NCBI GenBank assembly: GCA_002633005.1
Contig: NMRA01000023.1
Span: 1,406,689 to 1,470,688 of the forward strand
DNA: 64,000 nt
Source of the DNA: Phoronis australis
Lineage: Eukaryota; Animalia; Phoronida
Direction: 5' to 3'
Each line of letters starts with the position of its first letter. Position 1 is the stretch's first letter. The notes beneath the pieces were generated by a model, which saw only the letters and a program-made list of their open reading frames with translations, had not been told where the DNA came from and ran no database searches. This document shows positions 41,601 through 51,300 of this stretch, one piece after another. Both the position numbers and the translations under genes were made by a program.

Positions 41601-43790
41601 ACGGTCCAGTGCTAAATGTGAGGCCAAAAAAGCATATTGGTTCTGGTCTGTACCCCGACTCATTTTGAGACCTGGGTAGAGTTCAGTAGTTGTCTCGCGA
41701 GAGAGAAATTTAGCTCTACTGATCTCTACCCTGCCCTCACTGAATGGAAAGTGAATAAACGCCCACGCATAAATTTCAATCAAGGTGTGTTGTTTGTTTG
41801 AAAAACTGCACGAAGGCACGCGCTCATTCAATAAATCATTCGTCATTTTCCGTACGGCGTTATAATGTATATATATGTTACCTGTTATTGCTATAATATG
41901 TAGTCATGTACGTACATGTTAACGTCACACGGAAATGGACGAACTTCATATCGAATGACCATGGGTATGCAAGGTTTGAAGTGGCAGCATTTGCCAAGAG
42001 AAAGAAATCAAATTCCACGTTACCTCATTTTTACTCGTTTGTGGTGGATTTTATTTTTTTGAAAAGGTGAGCAACTAAAAATACGCCACTGCCGACTAGA
42101 AGTTCAAAAAACATGTACTAGAACTAACTATGCTTTTTGACCTTTTATCGAGTATTGGACGGTGACAAAAATTCAACGAGTGCGTTTGTCCGCATAGGTG
42201 GTTTCCTACTGTAAAGACTGGGATTGTCCTAATTTTTTGTTTGGGAACTAATGTCAGCAGCTTCTTTCGACTCATTCAGTCCTCTATAGTGTAAGACAGT
42301 GTACGGAATACGACCTTGACCTCATTCGTAGTTTTGGAAGCATGAACAGTTGAAAATAGAGATGTCTATTGTTACGTTAAGTCTTTGAGTACATGTCAAC
42401 AATGCTTCGATTCTACTGAAGATTCTTGAGCACACGTGCGTATTCAGTTTGCACTCTGGTAATGATTGGCGCAATCTGAATGAAAACAGCAATGTCTGAG
42501 CGCGGACACTTTTGATTGCTTACGGCATAGCGCCTTTTTAAAACCACAGAATGTGTTTGACGAATTTCTATAAATGTTTTTTAGGATTAGTAAAACTGAG
42601 ACTTTGCCGTCTCTGCGAGACTGGTTAGATGTTGTCTTGAATATAAGTTTCCCATGTGTAAGTTGCGTAAAGTAACCGCCTAGTTTTATCATCTTATAAC
42701 TCTACTAGTTGTTAGATTAACCCAATAGGTGAAACCTTTTCGTGTTCCCTGGGAAACTAATTTAAACTACCTAGTTGTTTATCGTTTTGCTTGCAAAATG
42801 TTGTTTTATGTTTTCAGAGGAAATCGTCTAACCAGTACCCAGTACGGGGTATGTTGATTTTTATGTTCACCGCGATGGTTTTGCGATTGGAGTTCCTCTG
42901 TTCACCAGTAATATTCCCCTGTTCACCTTTATGAAATATGTGATCTGTACGGCCTCACTCGTATTTGTGTTTTGGCATCTTACGTTTTCTTTGACGTTTA
43001 CATGAGCATTCGATGAAGTGTTGTTTATAAAACAACTGCCAAGTTGCCTGACTTCCCGGGCTTATACGAAAGTGTAAAATAAGTAAAATTGGCATCGAAT
43101 GATCACGTCTTTTACAGTACAACACAATCGATTTATTGCAGGTGAAAAGGAAATAATTTCCCGTATGTAAATTATCATTGTTTCACATTAAACCCCTACC
43201 TCTTTAATTCCATTTTAGTTTAACCAACGACTTGATTTGCACGCGTTCATTCGCACTTCAACAATGATGCTTATGTCCCCTATACATTATTTTCAGACAA
43301 ATCGGAGGAAACTGAAGAAATGAGCGGTCGTTCTTTGATCAAGACACCTTTTTCAAACACAAACGGATATGCTCCAATGTTTCCCAAAGACAAAAACTCC
43401 GTGTCTAGCATGTTAATTCACAACAAAAATCCAGACGTGTGCACCTCGGATCAGAAAGATGAGGAATACGAACAGACTCCGATAGTAGTGTTGTCGACAA
43501 CACAGAAAATACTTAAACATCTGGAGATGAAATTGGAATTACTCGATGATGATGAGAAACAGTTATCGGATGTTAAAGCAGACAACAATAATGAGGATGT
43601 GGAAAGTCAATGGAGGATTAATTTTGCAGACGATAACATGGGTAGCACGTGCAAGAAACGAGAGTTGGATAGAGAACAGTCAGGCTGCTTGTACTCCCAA
43701 TGCGACAGAAGTGAAACGGTCGCTAAGTGGGTTAAGAACTCCAGTAGCTGTCATACAAAGCCAATCTGTGATATTATTGCTACAATTTGA
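14504..43790 (+). CDS. GABBR2: GABA-B receptor subunit 2-like class C GPCR, spliced gene (19 exons in window, N-terminal exon missing)
   Basis: Manually spliced GT-AG exons keep frame for about 971 aa. Motifs: [131 protein letters not shown], then a coiled coil. It has RTIPSE rather than the R1-type RTHPSA and no RSRR ER-retention motif, which points to the R2 subunit. Confidence 0.93.
15048..15230 (+). CDS. GABBR2: GABBR2-like exon (VSYADNNP...FFRTIPSE...[11 protein letters not shown]...YAN)
   Basis: ttccag / gtaagt, 183 nt, phase 0/0. Confidence 0.93.
16372..16470 (+). CDS. GABBR2: GABBR2-like exon (GHSKLL...TQSFANDP...VLK)
   Basis: aag acceptor / gtttgt donor, 99 nt; QSF.ND motif of the GABA-B VFT. 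Confidence 0.85.
16810..16875 (+). CDS. GABBR2: GABBR2-like exon ([22 protein letters not shown])
   Basis: tttag / gtaagt, 66 nt; not in the ORF track. Confidence 0.92.
17815..18006 (+). CDS. GABBR2: GABBR2-like exon ([15 protein letters not shown]...WW...C...DVLPIS...TVANI)
   Basis: taag / gtatgt, 192 nt; not in the ORF track. Confidence 0.9.
19654..19869 (+). CDS. GABBR2: GABBR2-like exon (TAGNYL...[12 protein letters not shown]...TGFQGVT)
   Basis: ttgcag / gtttgt, 216 nt. Confidence 0.92.
21432..21607. repeat. 29-bp minisatellite, left part
   Basis: about 6 units of caatctattacactgtcactcgtcatatt. Confidence 0.85.
21609..22834. mobile_element. non-autonomous element with a 160-bp terminal hairpin, inserted into the minisatellite
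   Basis: near-perfect palindrome 21609-21768; tttatcctat/ataggataaa inverted pair (21768/22740); splits the 29-bp array. Confidence 0.6.
22836..23075. repeat. 29-bp minisatellite, right part
   Basis: about 8 units of the same repeat. Confidence 0.88.
23214..23274 (+). CDS. GABBR2: GABBR2-like exon ([20 protein letters not shown])
   Basis: tttcag / gtgagt, 61 nt, phase 0/1. Confidence 0.9.
23816..23899 (+). CDS. GABBR2: GABBR2-like exon ([10 protein letters not shown]...LNL...VAWM)
   Basis: cacag / gtaata, 84 nt, phase 1/1. Confidence 0.88.
25345..25495 (+). CDS. GABBR2: GABBR2-like exon (stalk PPLD + TM1 ...[11 protein letters not shown])
   Basis: ttgcag / gtaagt, 151 nt, phase 1/2. Confidence 0.9.
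25606..25738 (+). CDS. GABBR2: GABBR2-like exon ([18 protein letters not shown]2)
   Basis: ttgcag / gtaagc, 133 nt, phase 2/0. Confidence 0.93.
26830..26937 (+). CDS. GABBR2: GABBR2-like exon (TM3, [15 protein letters not shown])
   Basis: ttgcag / gtgaga, 108 nt. Confidence 0.93.
28195..29460 (-). mobile_element. Penelope-like retroelement fragment (RT C-terminus + GIY-YIG), degenerate
   Basis: WLRCIDDIF...FHHTIKFT...[14 protein letters not shown]...[10 protein letters not shown]...LKKYLVRA; stops and frameshifts. Confidence 0.85.
29480..30250 (+). mobile_element. Penelope-like 3' segment, inverted duplicate of the adjacent copy
   Basis: [26 protein letters not shown]...CNKSRCKMC...[18 protein letters not shown]; reverse complement of about 28195-29030. 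Confidence 0.85.
30876..31001 (+). CDS. GABBR2: GABBR2-like exon (VIKD, TM4, WQIVDPF)
   Basis: ctctag / gtacgt, 126 nt. Confidence 0.92.
31430..31534 (+). CDS. GABBR2: GABBR2-like exon (ECL2/TM5, LEFCVS...YSYKGVLL)
   Basis: tcttag / gtgagt, 105 nt. Confidence 0.92.
31821..32045 (+). CDS. GABBR2: GABBR2-like exon ([26 protein letters not shown]6-TM7, VFVPK)
   Basis: ttccag / gtaagt, 225 nt. Confidence 0.95.
32439..32597 (+). CDS. GABBR2: GABBR2-like exon (proximal C-tail, start of coiled coil)
   Basis: ttccag / gtaagt, 159 nt; VIQIRKDP...[14 protein letters not shown]. Confidence 0.85.
32946..33087 (+). CDS. GABBR2: GABBR2-like exon (coiled coil [12 protein letters not shown], Ser-rich tail)
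   Basis: tttgcag / gtaagt, 142 nt, phase 0/1, open frame. Confidence 0.8.
33390..33851. mobile_element. MITE with about 120-bp TIRs
   Basis: CACCCGTTC..AACGCCGTAACTCCATTCAAGAGTCTA... inverted at both ends; flanks share GCAGGGC (7-9 bp TSD). Confidence 0.82.
34130..34274 (+). CDS. GABBR2: GABBR2-like C-tail exon ([16 protein letters not shown]...SMCEL)
   Basis: tctttgcag / gtgagc, 145 nt, phase 1/2; unspliced read-through gives W-stop at 34278. Confidence 0.65.
36064..36590 (+). mobile_element. Penelope-like retroelement fragment (GIY-YIG endonuclease)
   Basis: LQKNGYP...[29 protein letters not shown]; disrupted and truncated. Confidence 0.85.
37366..37435 (-). mobile_element. tRNA-derived SINE head / tRNA pseudogene
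   Basis: - strand GGCTGGGAGTTGGCTTAGCGGTAAAGCGTTCGGCTGCTACACCGCAGTTACCGGGTTTGAATT has an A box and a degenerate B box; no intact acceptor stem. Confidence 0.5.
37807..38806. mobile_element. about 1-kb non-autonomous TIR element (Harbinger-like), copy 1, with nested MITE at 38196-38349
   Basis: TIR CAGCCGAT(T/G)TCAT(A/C)AAGGTGGTT; many AAACC(A/T)GGTTT subterminal repeats; flanks ata/ata. Confidence 0.85.
38972..39281. mobile_element. MITE
   Basis: TIR CAGGGGTCTAATCTTTGTAC / GTACAAAGATTAGACGCTTG; no clear TSD. Confidence 0.6.
40152..40240 (+). CDS. GABBR2: probable GABBR2-like C-tail exon ([29 protein letters not shown])
   Basis: tttcag / gtgagt, 89 nt; phase 2/1 exactly bridges the flanking exons; no homology support. 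Confidence 0.5.
43297..43790 (+). CDS. GABBR2: probable GABBR2-like terminal exon (acidic disordered tail ...PICDIIATI*)
   Basis: ttttcag acceptor, phase 1, 494-nt open frame (ORF 43320..43790) with protein-like composition. Confidence 0.6.
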
Positions 43791-44283
43791 TTGACATACG
43801 TCTAACGGATAATCAATGTCTTCCTGAAAGGAAGTGTTTTACAGTTGAGCATGTCTTTTTATACAAATTCCCTATGTGTTACTTGCCTTTGATGACAAAG
43901 ACTTTCTCGAGTTGGGTTTTTTAGTTACCGAAAACTACACTTTGGTAAAACTTTAGGACACCATCGGAGTAATCAACAAATGTCAAATATTTCAAAACAT
44001 TAGTGTCAACAAGAAGTTTTAGCGAAGATATCTTTTACTTAAATGTTTACAAAAATAAATATCTTGATAGAAAAAGGCGTCGTAAACTCAAAAGTGGTAT
44101 TGGCTGTTTATGAATCGTCTAGTTCTGCTCACAGGCCAACAGGAGGCCTGCAACTTTGTAAAAGAACCGTTTGCGCTTGTTCAAAATTTGTGGTCTTCCT
44201 TGCCGGGTCACGCACCAGCACCTGTAATGGGACAAAGTGTAGCTGTGGTTCACAACGACCAACAGTTGTACTAGTAACTCAGG

Positions 44284-44466
44284 CTAGTGAACCTCTGGTT
44301 TACAATGACCTAGAGTTGCACTAGTAAACCCCTCGTTTGCAATGACCTAGAGTTGCACTAGTAAACCCCTCGTTTGCAATGACCTAGAGTTGCACTAGTA
44401 AACCCCTCGTTTACAATGACCTAGAGTTGCACTAGTAAACCCCTCGTTTACAATGACCTAGAGTTG
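44284..44466. repeat. 37-bp tandem minisatellite, about 5 copies
   Basis: ctagtaaacccctcgttt(g/a)caatgacctagagttgca head to tail, no spacers. Confidence 0.95.
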
Positions 44467-45188
44467 TCATGGGTGCGACATCTCAGCGTTATATGAAGAC
44501 CCATAACAAGTTTGATACCAACCTTTGCAAAAAACATTGCTTCGGTGAAAATGACCCGTCCACGTTACAACTTGGCGAGAAACGCTTGGTGTGTAGCATG
44601 GCTTGCGCCCAGCAGTTTGTCAACATCTTTGGCTCTTTCCACGGGATGGAATCTGCGATCAGACCAACTCACACTTTGATCACGTGCACGTAAGACAACA
44701 GTTCCGAGTTGATATCGTCATTAAGGGGCTTTAAGTTTCAACTTTTTTAAATGTAGCCTAAAGTGCTTAGGTATTGATGCAAGTAACGCGAGAGCTTTGA
44801 CGTTTTTAAGCATAGATTTCCAGAAGTCTGTGTCTCAAATATACCCGTCTATTATGTCTAGGCTTGACAATATACACAATAGGAGAGATCAGCATGAAGT
44901 CACCGTTGACTTGGAACGTGACCTGGATAACGCCGGTGAACAGGAAATTTTCAGCCATCTTGTTTTCATTGCTGGCGTTCCTTGTTTCTAGTACAAAAAT
45001 CAACATTACAGGCAGTGTTTATGTGGGCCACGTAACACTACAACTAACATTAATTAATGGGAGTCTTCCATTTTGATAACTTATTTTTTCGTTTAAGTAC
45101 CTCTTCAGTATATTCTTGTTTTGGACAGCCAGTGGCTCCACTTTTCATATACGACATCTGACTGGATAACAACTGAAATTGGAATTCT

Positions 45189-45307
45189 TCACCGAAATCC
45201 CAGGAGTGCTAATACAGATTCTCTATCAGATGGTGCTTTTTTATTCAAATCCCAGCAAAAGGGTTCATTTTGACCATCAGAGGCTTCATACGTTACTGAA
45301 GTTGGTG
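45189..45307 (-). CDS. secreted precursor candidate last exon (PTSVTYEASDGQNEPFCWDLNKK...LLGFR*)
   Basis: ccttttaaag acceptor, phase 1, open to TGA. Confidence 0.45.
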
Positions 45308-48300
45308 CTTTAAAAGGAATACAGAACCAAGTTTTTCAATGTCCAATTTCAGTCAGCAATTTTCTGGGTTTAAAATCTGCTACAAAAGAATTATGCCAAG
45401 AAAATCTGCACCCTTCTAAGAGGTGACGTTTTCATAATAACTCTCAACATACGGGTTCATTTTACTAGTGCTATCTTTTTCAAGCGGTGAGTTTCATCTT
45501 GCCTGCTTTTTCAAATGGCGAGAATAATAATGTCCTGGCGCAGTACTTCGTCGGAAATCTCGTGCGCACAATGCTGATGTCTTGTGACAGAATGTCGTGG
45601 TGCGCTAAGGAGAAACTGTGCAAATCCAAAAAAAATCGACCACGTGCATCATAGCCTCAAGTATTGTAGCCAAAATCTAAGCAGCTACATTTTCATGTTT
45701 TTTGTAGTCATACTCGTTAGAAAGGTAAAAATCATTGGAACAGCGACAATCTTGTCTTCGTCATCCACCCACCCTCACCTCCCTCCCAGTCACTATTATC
45801 CTTAATCATCACCAACGTTAATGATTTCGGCTCCAGTCACCACCCTATTACTGTCTCTCACCTCCGTGGCCCAAAACTCTCGATCCCTGATGGTCATAAC
45901 TTTCGACCCATCTGTTTCAAAAAGGTTTTGTCCAACGTGGTGGCCCGCACTGTTGTGGCCGGTTGCATGAGACAGCACCAAATAGGGACTCAACTAAGTT
46001 CTCTAAATCTTACGGGTATTTGCTTCGTTCTTTACTCACAGATGCAATATTTTTCGATTATGTTATCTTTATTATGACTTCCTTTTTAGCTAGTGATATT
46101 TTCTAGTAATATAACTAAAAACTGGGCCCTTAATTCAATCAAAACAATTAGTCCTTAAATTAGGGGAGTTACATGAAAAGATCCCTACTTATTTTCAACA
46201 ATATCGAAAATTCAACACACAGTTCACTCTCGATTTGTACCAAAACCAAAAAATCGGTTTAGTAATGGTACTCAAACAGCATGTGAAAGGACAACCAGTG
46301 TTTTCACAAACTCACAAACCCACAGTTTATTTAGGGAACTTAGCTGAGTCCTTAGTTGGGACTGTTTCATACAACCCGCCACTGGGACCCCCATCCCTCT
46401 TTTCCTCTCGCCATGATTATGGTTAATCCGCCACTGCCCAAATAGTGGCCTCACAACACCGATAGAAGATTATCGGATACTGCATTTTACCAATTTATAA
46501 AGAATAAAAGGATATGAATATTGTACTTTGTTGTCATAAAACGACCACCCCGTTTTCACGCTGAATTTTCTAAATCCATTATTTTGCCTATGATTTAACA
46601 CAATTAGGTGGGATTGTATTCGCCAAAGAGAACGACCTGTTACTACACGCGTCTACAAACGGAAGTGTTTTTGTACACTCTTTACCTTTTGGATTAGGGT
46701 CAAATTTGTCCAGGAACATATCTATATTGGCTGGCGCCGGAAACAGTTTCTCCTTTGTCACTTGTTTCTTCAGCGTGTTTGGCTCCTCCATCGGCTTCAA
46801 GGGCATGTCGATTTCGTCGTCAAGATCACTCTCGATACCAGCCGCTTCGCTGTCTTTCTGTTGACGACAAGGAACTCAATCGTTTGTGAACTTAGAACAG
46901 CAAGAGCGTAGGGAAATGTTGAGTTTATTAATTAACCCCGATAATTAAAATTATACGGATGAAACAAGATTTAAATGTTTTGCAGTTTTAGTGTTTGGGG
47001 GAGCTCAGATCCAATTTCAAGTGTCAAATTCGGAACACGGCGCATTCGTAACGGAACTATGGCTAAGTATTGGCTCTCCCGCGATATCCCAGGCGACCGG
47101 CAGTGGCGCTGCGCACTACGACTCCGTTTCCGTCGTCTGCTCCACTGTGCAATGAAGAAAATTTACTTCATTTCTTAAAGAAAATGGAACCTGAGTGACG
47201 ATGAATAAACAGAAGCTGCTGGTAAGATGTGAATTTTAATCGAAGCCAGAGTGAATCACTCAGAAACTCGTAATTCTCTCTTTGCCAAACCCGGGTGCGC
47301 GCGTGTAAATGTCATGAACAGTGTCATGTTGACAGGTTAGAACATTTCCAGTAACTAGACGAACTATCCCTCTACTGGTAGATGCAGTCACTTTTATGAA
47401 TACTTACGTGAACCTGAACAGCCACAACCGCCGGGACGTCAGCATTTGGGTCATTGGTGTCAATAGAATCTATCACGATTCTTTTCTGAGCTAGAAAGAT
47501 AACCATCGCGTGACAGGATTATCAGCCACTTTGAAACATTGAGACAAATTTTGCGTTCTCAAGAGCGTCATTTTTAAAAATCATTTTAGCTCTTGTCTTG
47601 GGTGAAACATTAGTTGTGTTTTCTAAACACGCCGAAAAGCGTCCTTAGTTACACTTGACCAAGTGGACTTCACGGATTGCTTCATTCGCAAATTTCACCA
47701 CCGCAAGCTTGACATTTGAGTTTGCAATTTCGGCTTGACCAAATTAGCTATGCGTATTTCTTTTAATTTTTTCAGGCGGCACAACGTTAAATCATCCCGC
47801 AATAACGAGCATGCCACGTAGAGGTGTACTTCAGCTAATTACCAACTCCCAAACGAAACACGGTAACACAACAAAAACTTTTACAGTCGTCTAAGTACAC
47901 AGTGATCGAATTATGTGTTAAAGCAAAATGACTATTTGACACCCAAATCCAACTCGTTTTATCTTTGTTCTAAAATGTATAGGATGTTGCAAAACATAAC
48001 AAAAGTACTTTGAAATGTGAATAACAGAAAATGTTTCGCTGGAAATTCATAGTATGCTGCGTGTTCCATGAATTCCATTTTTGTAATGCACAGAAAATAC
48101 GAAAAATGTTAGTTTGCTCTCATTACCGACAAACGGCGAATGTATTTTCAGACTGAGCTCAGCCGATTGTATAGCAGCTTTCGCACGCTCAACAGAATCG
48201 ACACAGACTTCGAATTACTGCATTCTCAAATCTAACACAATTTCCACTGCATAAAGCATAGAAAGTGTTTTCTCAATTGCTCTCGGCCTTAGCACACCAT

Positions 48301-51300
48301 CTTCGTTGAAAAATACTTGATATCTCCTCTGGAGCTGCACAACTGGTTGCGTTCGAGTTCAAAACTCGATTTTTGTTCTATGCATTAAGAGTCGACAGTA
48401 AAAGTTTTTCTAACTTGTAAGATTCTAAAGAACAAGTTTTGGTATTCATGCAATAAGAAAATCACCGTGATAACTTCTATGTAAAGTATGTCCTGGTTAG
48501 AATACTTTGGAATATATTTGTTAACAGCTTTGACACACCGTGTATTATTCAACTGGGCCTAGTTGCATAAAAGTTATGCGCCGTATAGCAACAATGACGT
48601 CGCGTTATCACGCGCCACGTTGTTATTGTTGAACAACGGACCTGACGTCATGCAGCAATCACACTTATCCAGCGGATAATTTTGAAGCTTTATGCAACCC
48701 AGCCCTGATAAGGAATCTTTTGCAAGATATGAGGGAAGGTGGGTTTTGTTCACTTCCAATGACGTCACGGAATCTGGTACTTCGTAGCGAGTGGAGCAGT
48801 CAGTAACGCTAGTGTTTCTATTGAAAAGCAGGATGTCGCAAGATTCTGCGAGATGTCGCCAATAATGACAGCAGGTGTTTTTAATAGATTTCTCCTGCCG
48901 CGAGACAGTTTTGTTGAGCTTTGTAAGACACCACGCTTGTTGTTCACGAACTGGGCTACAGACCTTACGAAAGATTATATATGTAACACGGAGGCGGGTT
49001 TGTCCTACTTTTCTGTTAAGTTTGAAAACCCACAGGTGGTTTGTTCAAGATCCAACGAGTGAGGATATGGCACTCTGGTACAAGCGGTAGACACATAATT
49101 TAAATCAATCTGCCGATCTGGAAGCATGTGAGTAAACGACAATTCTGATTGGTGGGCTTAGTCGATTTCAGCATAGCAGAACCTTCATGATTGGATAAGT
49201 GTATTGTCATCCCTGAATCAGTTTTACTGTTCTCCAATATCCAAAAGAAAATAATTTCTCTTAGACACCTCAATAGCTTCCTCACAAAGAGCGATCTGGT
49301 TTCCGTAATCCTTTTGAGAGTCAAATAACTAAGGGTGGCAGCAATTCCGTGTATGCGCCTCTAAATTCCAGCTACGACTTCCTAAACTCCAATCCTTAAA
49401 CGGCAGAAACCAAAACGGCAGTAGGCCTACACATTCCCAGACCCGCAAACCTAAACTCCACACATTCTCCGAAAATGCTCCATGCATGATCACCAAACAC
49501 CACTCACGGGGACCAGGGCCCGGTCTCCAATCTCCGTACTCAGACTCGAATCATGCTCAAACTCACACTTCATACTCAACTCGAGTACAGACTCAGCTTT
49601 GGTGTATTCAATGTCATACTCGAAAAATCTGTACTCGAAATTTCGAGCACGTACTCAGTTTTCGAGTGTACTCGAACTGAAGTGTATCTCATCCATATTT
49701 CGAGTACGATTTTGAGTAAAAATTCGGAGTCTATGCTCTAATTTCAAGTTTGGTATGGCAGTGTGCTTGAAATCGTACTCGAAAATAAATACGAGCCAGA
49801 GAACAAAATATCGAAAGGGAACCAAGAAACNNNNNNNNNNNNNNNNNNNNNNNNNNNNNNNNNNNNNNNNNNNNNNNNNNNNNNNNNNNNNNNNNNNNNN
49901 NNNNNNNNNNNNNNNNNNNNNNNNNNNNNNNNNNNNNNNNNNNNNNNNNNNNNNNNNNNNNNNNNNNNNNNNNNNNNNNNNNNNNNNNNNNNNNNNNNNN
50001 NNNNNNNNNNNNNNNNNNNNNNNNNNNNNNNNNNNNNNNNNNNNNNNNNNNNNNNNNNNNNNNNNNNNNNNNNNNNNNNNNNNNNNNNNNNNNNNNNNNN
50101 NNNNNNNNNNNNNNNNNNNNNNNNNNNNNNNNNNNNNNNNNNNNNNNNNNNNNNNNNNNNNNNNNNNNNNNNNNNNNNNNNNNNNNNNNNNNNNNNNNNN
50201 NNNNNNNNNNNNNNNNNNNNNNNNNNNNNNNNNNNNNNNNNNNNNNNNNNNNNNNNNNNNNNNNNNNNNNNNNNNNNNNNNNNNNNNNNNNNNNNNNNNN
50301 NNNNNNNNNNNNNNNNNNNNNNNNNNNNNNNNNNNNNNNNNNNNNNNNNNNNNNNNNNNNNNNNNNNNNNNNNNNNNNNNNNNNNNNNNNNNNNNNNNNN
50401 NNNNNNNNNNNNNNNNNNNNNNNNNNNNNNNNNNNNNNNNNNNNNNNNTCACACGAATACCATTCTCAAGTGGCACACACATTTCCATGATTTCCAGCGG
50501 TAGATGTTCAGAGACCGCGTACCGTTAACGTTCTTGCGGGGTTCACCTTTGCGCATTTCAATGATGCACCCATTAATTTTTTGCCCATTTGTTGAACGAT
50601 TTTGTTGTGCAAAAATTTTAATTGCAATTTCAACTCTAATGAGGGGAAATCTCTTTCAATACTTCATCACAGAATGTTTTGTTAATTTCAATGAAAATGT
50701 TGACGGGGTTGCTTCGAAAGTAGGTCAAGAAGCCGAGGTAGAGTTCAATACGCTAGGCCCTGTAAAAGGCAATACTCAAGACAGAGATAACCTGAGATAT
50801 TGCCGTGTATTTTAAATAATAACACTTGAGTTTGGATAGATTTTTACGTCCCGGTGACAGCTACCGAACTCTATCCTGGAAACTCGTCTGTCTTCCCAAT
50901 AAACCGTTGAGGGGGGTTAAGTGATGGCACAACTGAACAATGGTAGACGAGCCGATCTCGCCACCTACAGCCGATTTCATAAAGGTGGTTTAACAAAACC
51001 AGGTTTAAGACTTAAACCTGGTCTTCCTAAACCTGGTCGAATTTTAGACCTAACTTGCATTTCACCAACATGGATTAAGAGTCTGAAAGCCTGGTTTTGC
51101 TAGACCAGGGAGCTGGTTCAGTAGACCCAGGTTTAAAGTATCAAAGGCACCCAGCTGGGTAAACCCAACAAAGAAACTATTGAAGTGCTTCAATGAAACC
51201 TTGATCACGTGGGTATAGAATGGCATACACCAGTAGAATCAGTGCAGACATTTACGACAAAGGTCTAAAAGCTTTTCTCATGAGGAAAAATGTAATTTGT

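Noticed and set aside
44284-44466. CRISPR-like 37-bp repeats
   Set aside because: Units are head to tail with no unique spacers, there are no cas genes and the context is eukaryotic; this is a minisatellite.
48560-49330. Possible THAP/transposon coding remnant with several TGACGTC motifs
   Set aside because: Similarity is too weak to name a family and no TIRs were found.
49655-50528. Long ORFs of 246-277 aa
   Set aside because: Artefacts of the N gap; the same applies to the ORFs at 63413-63806.
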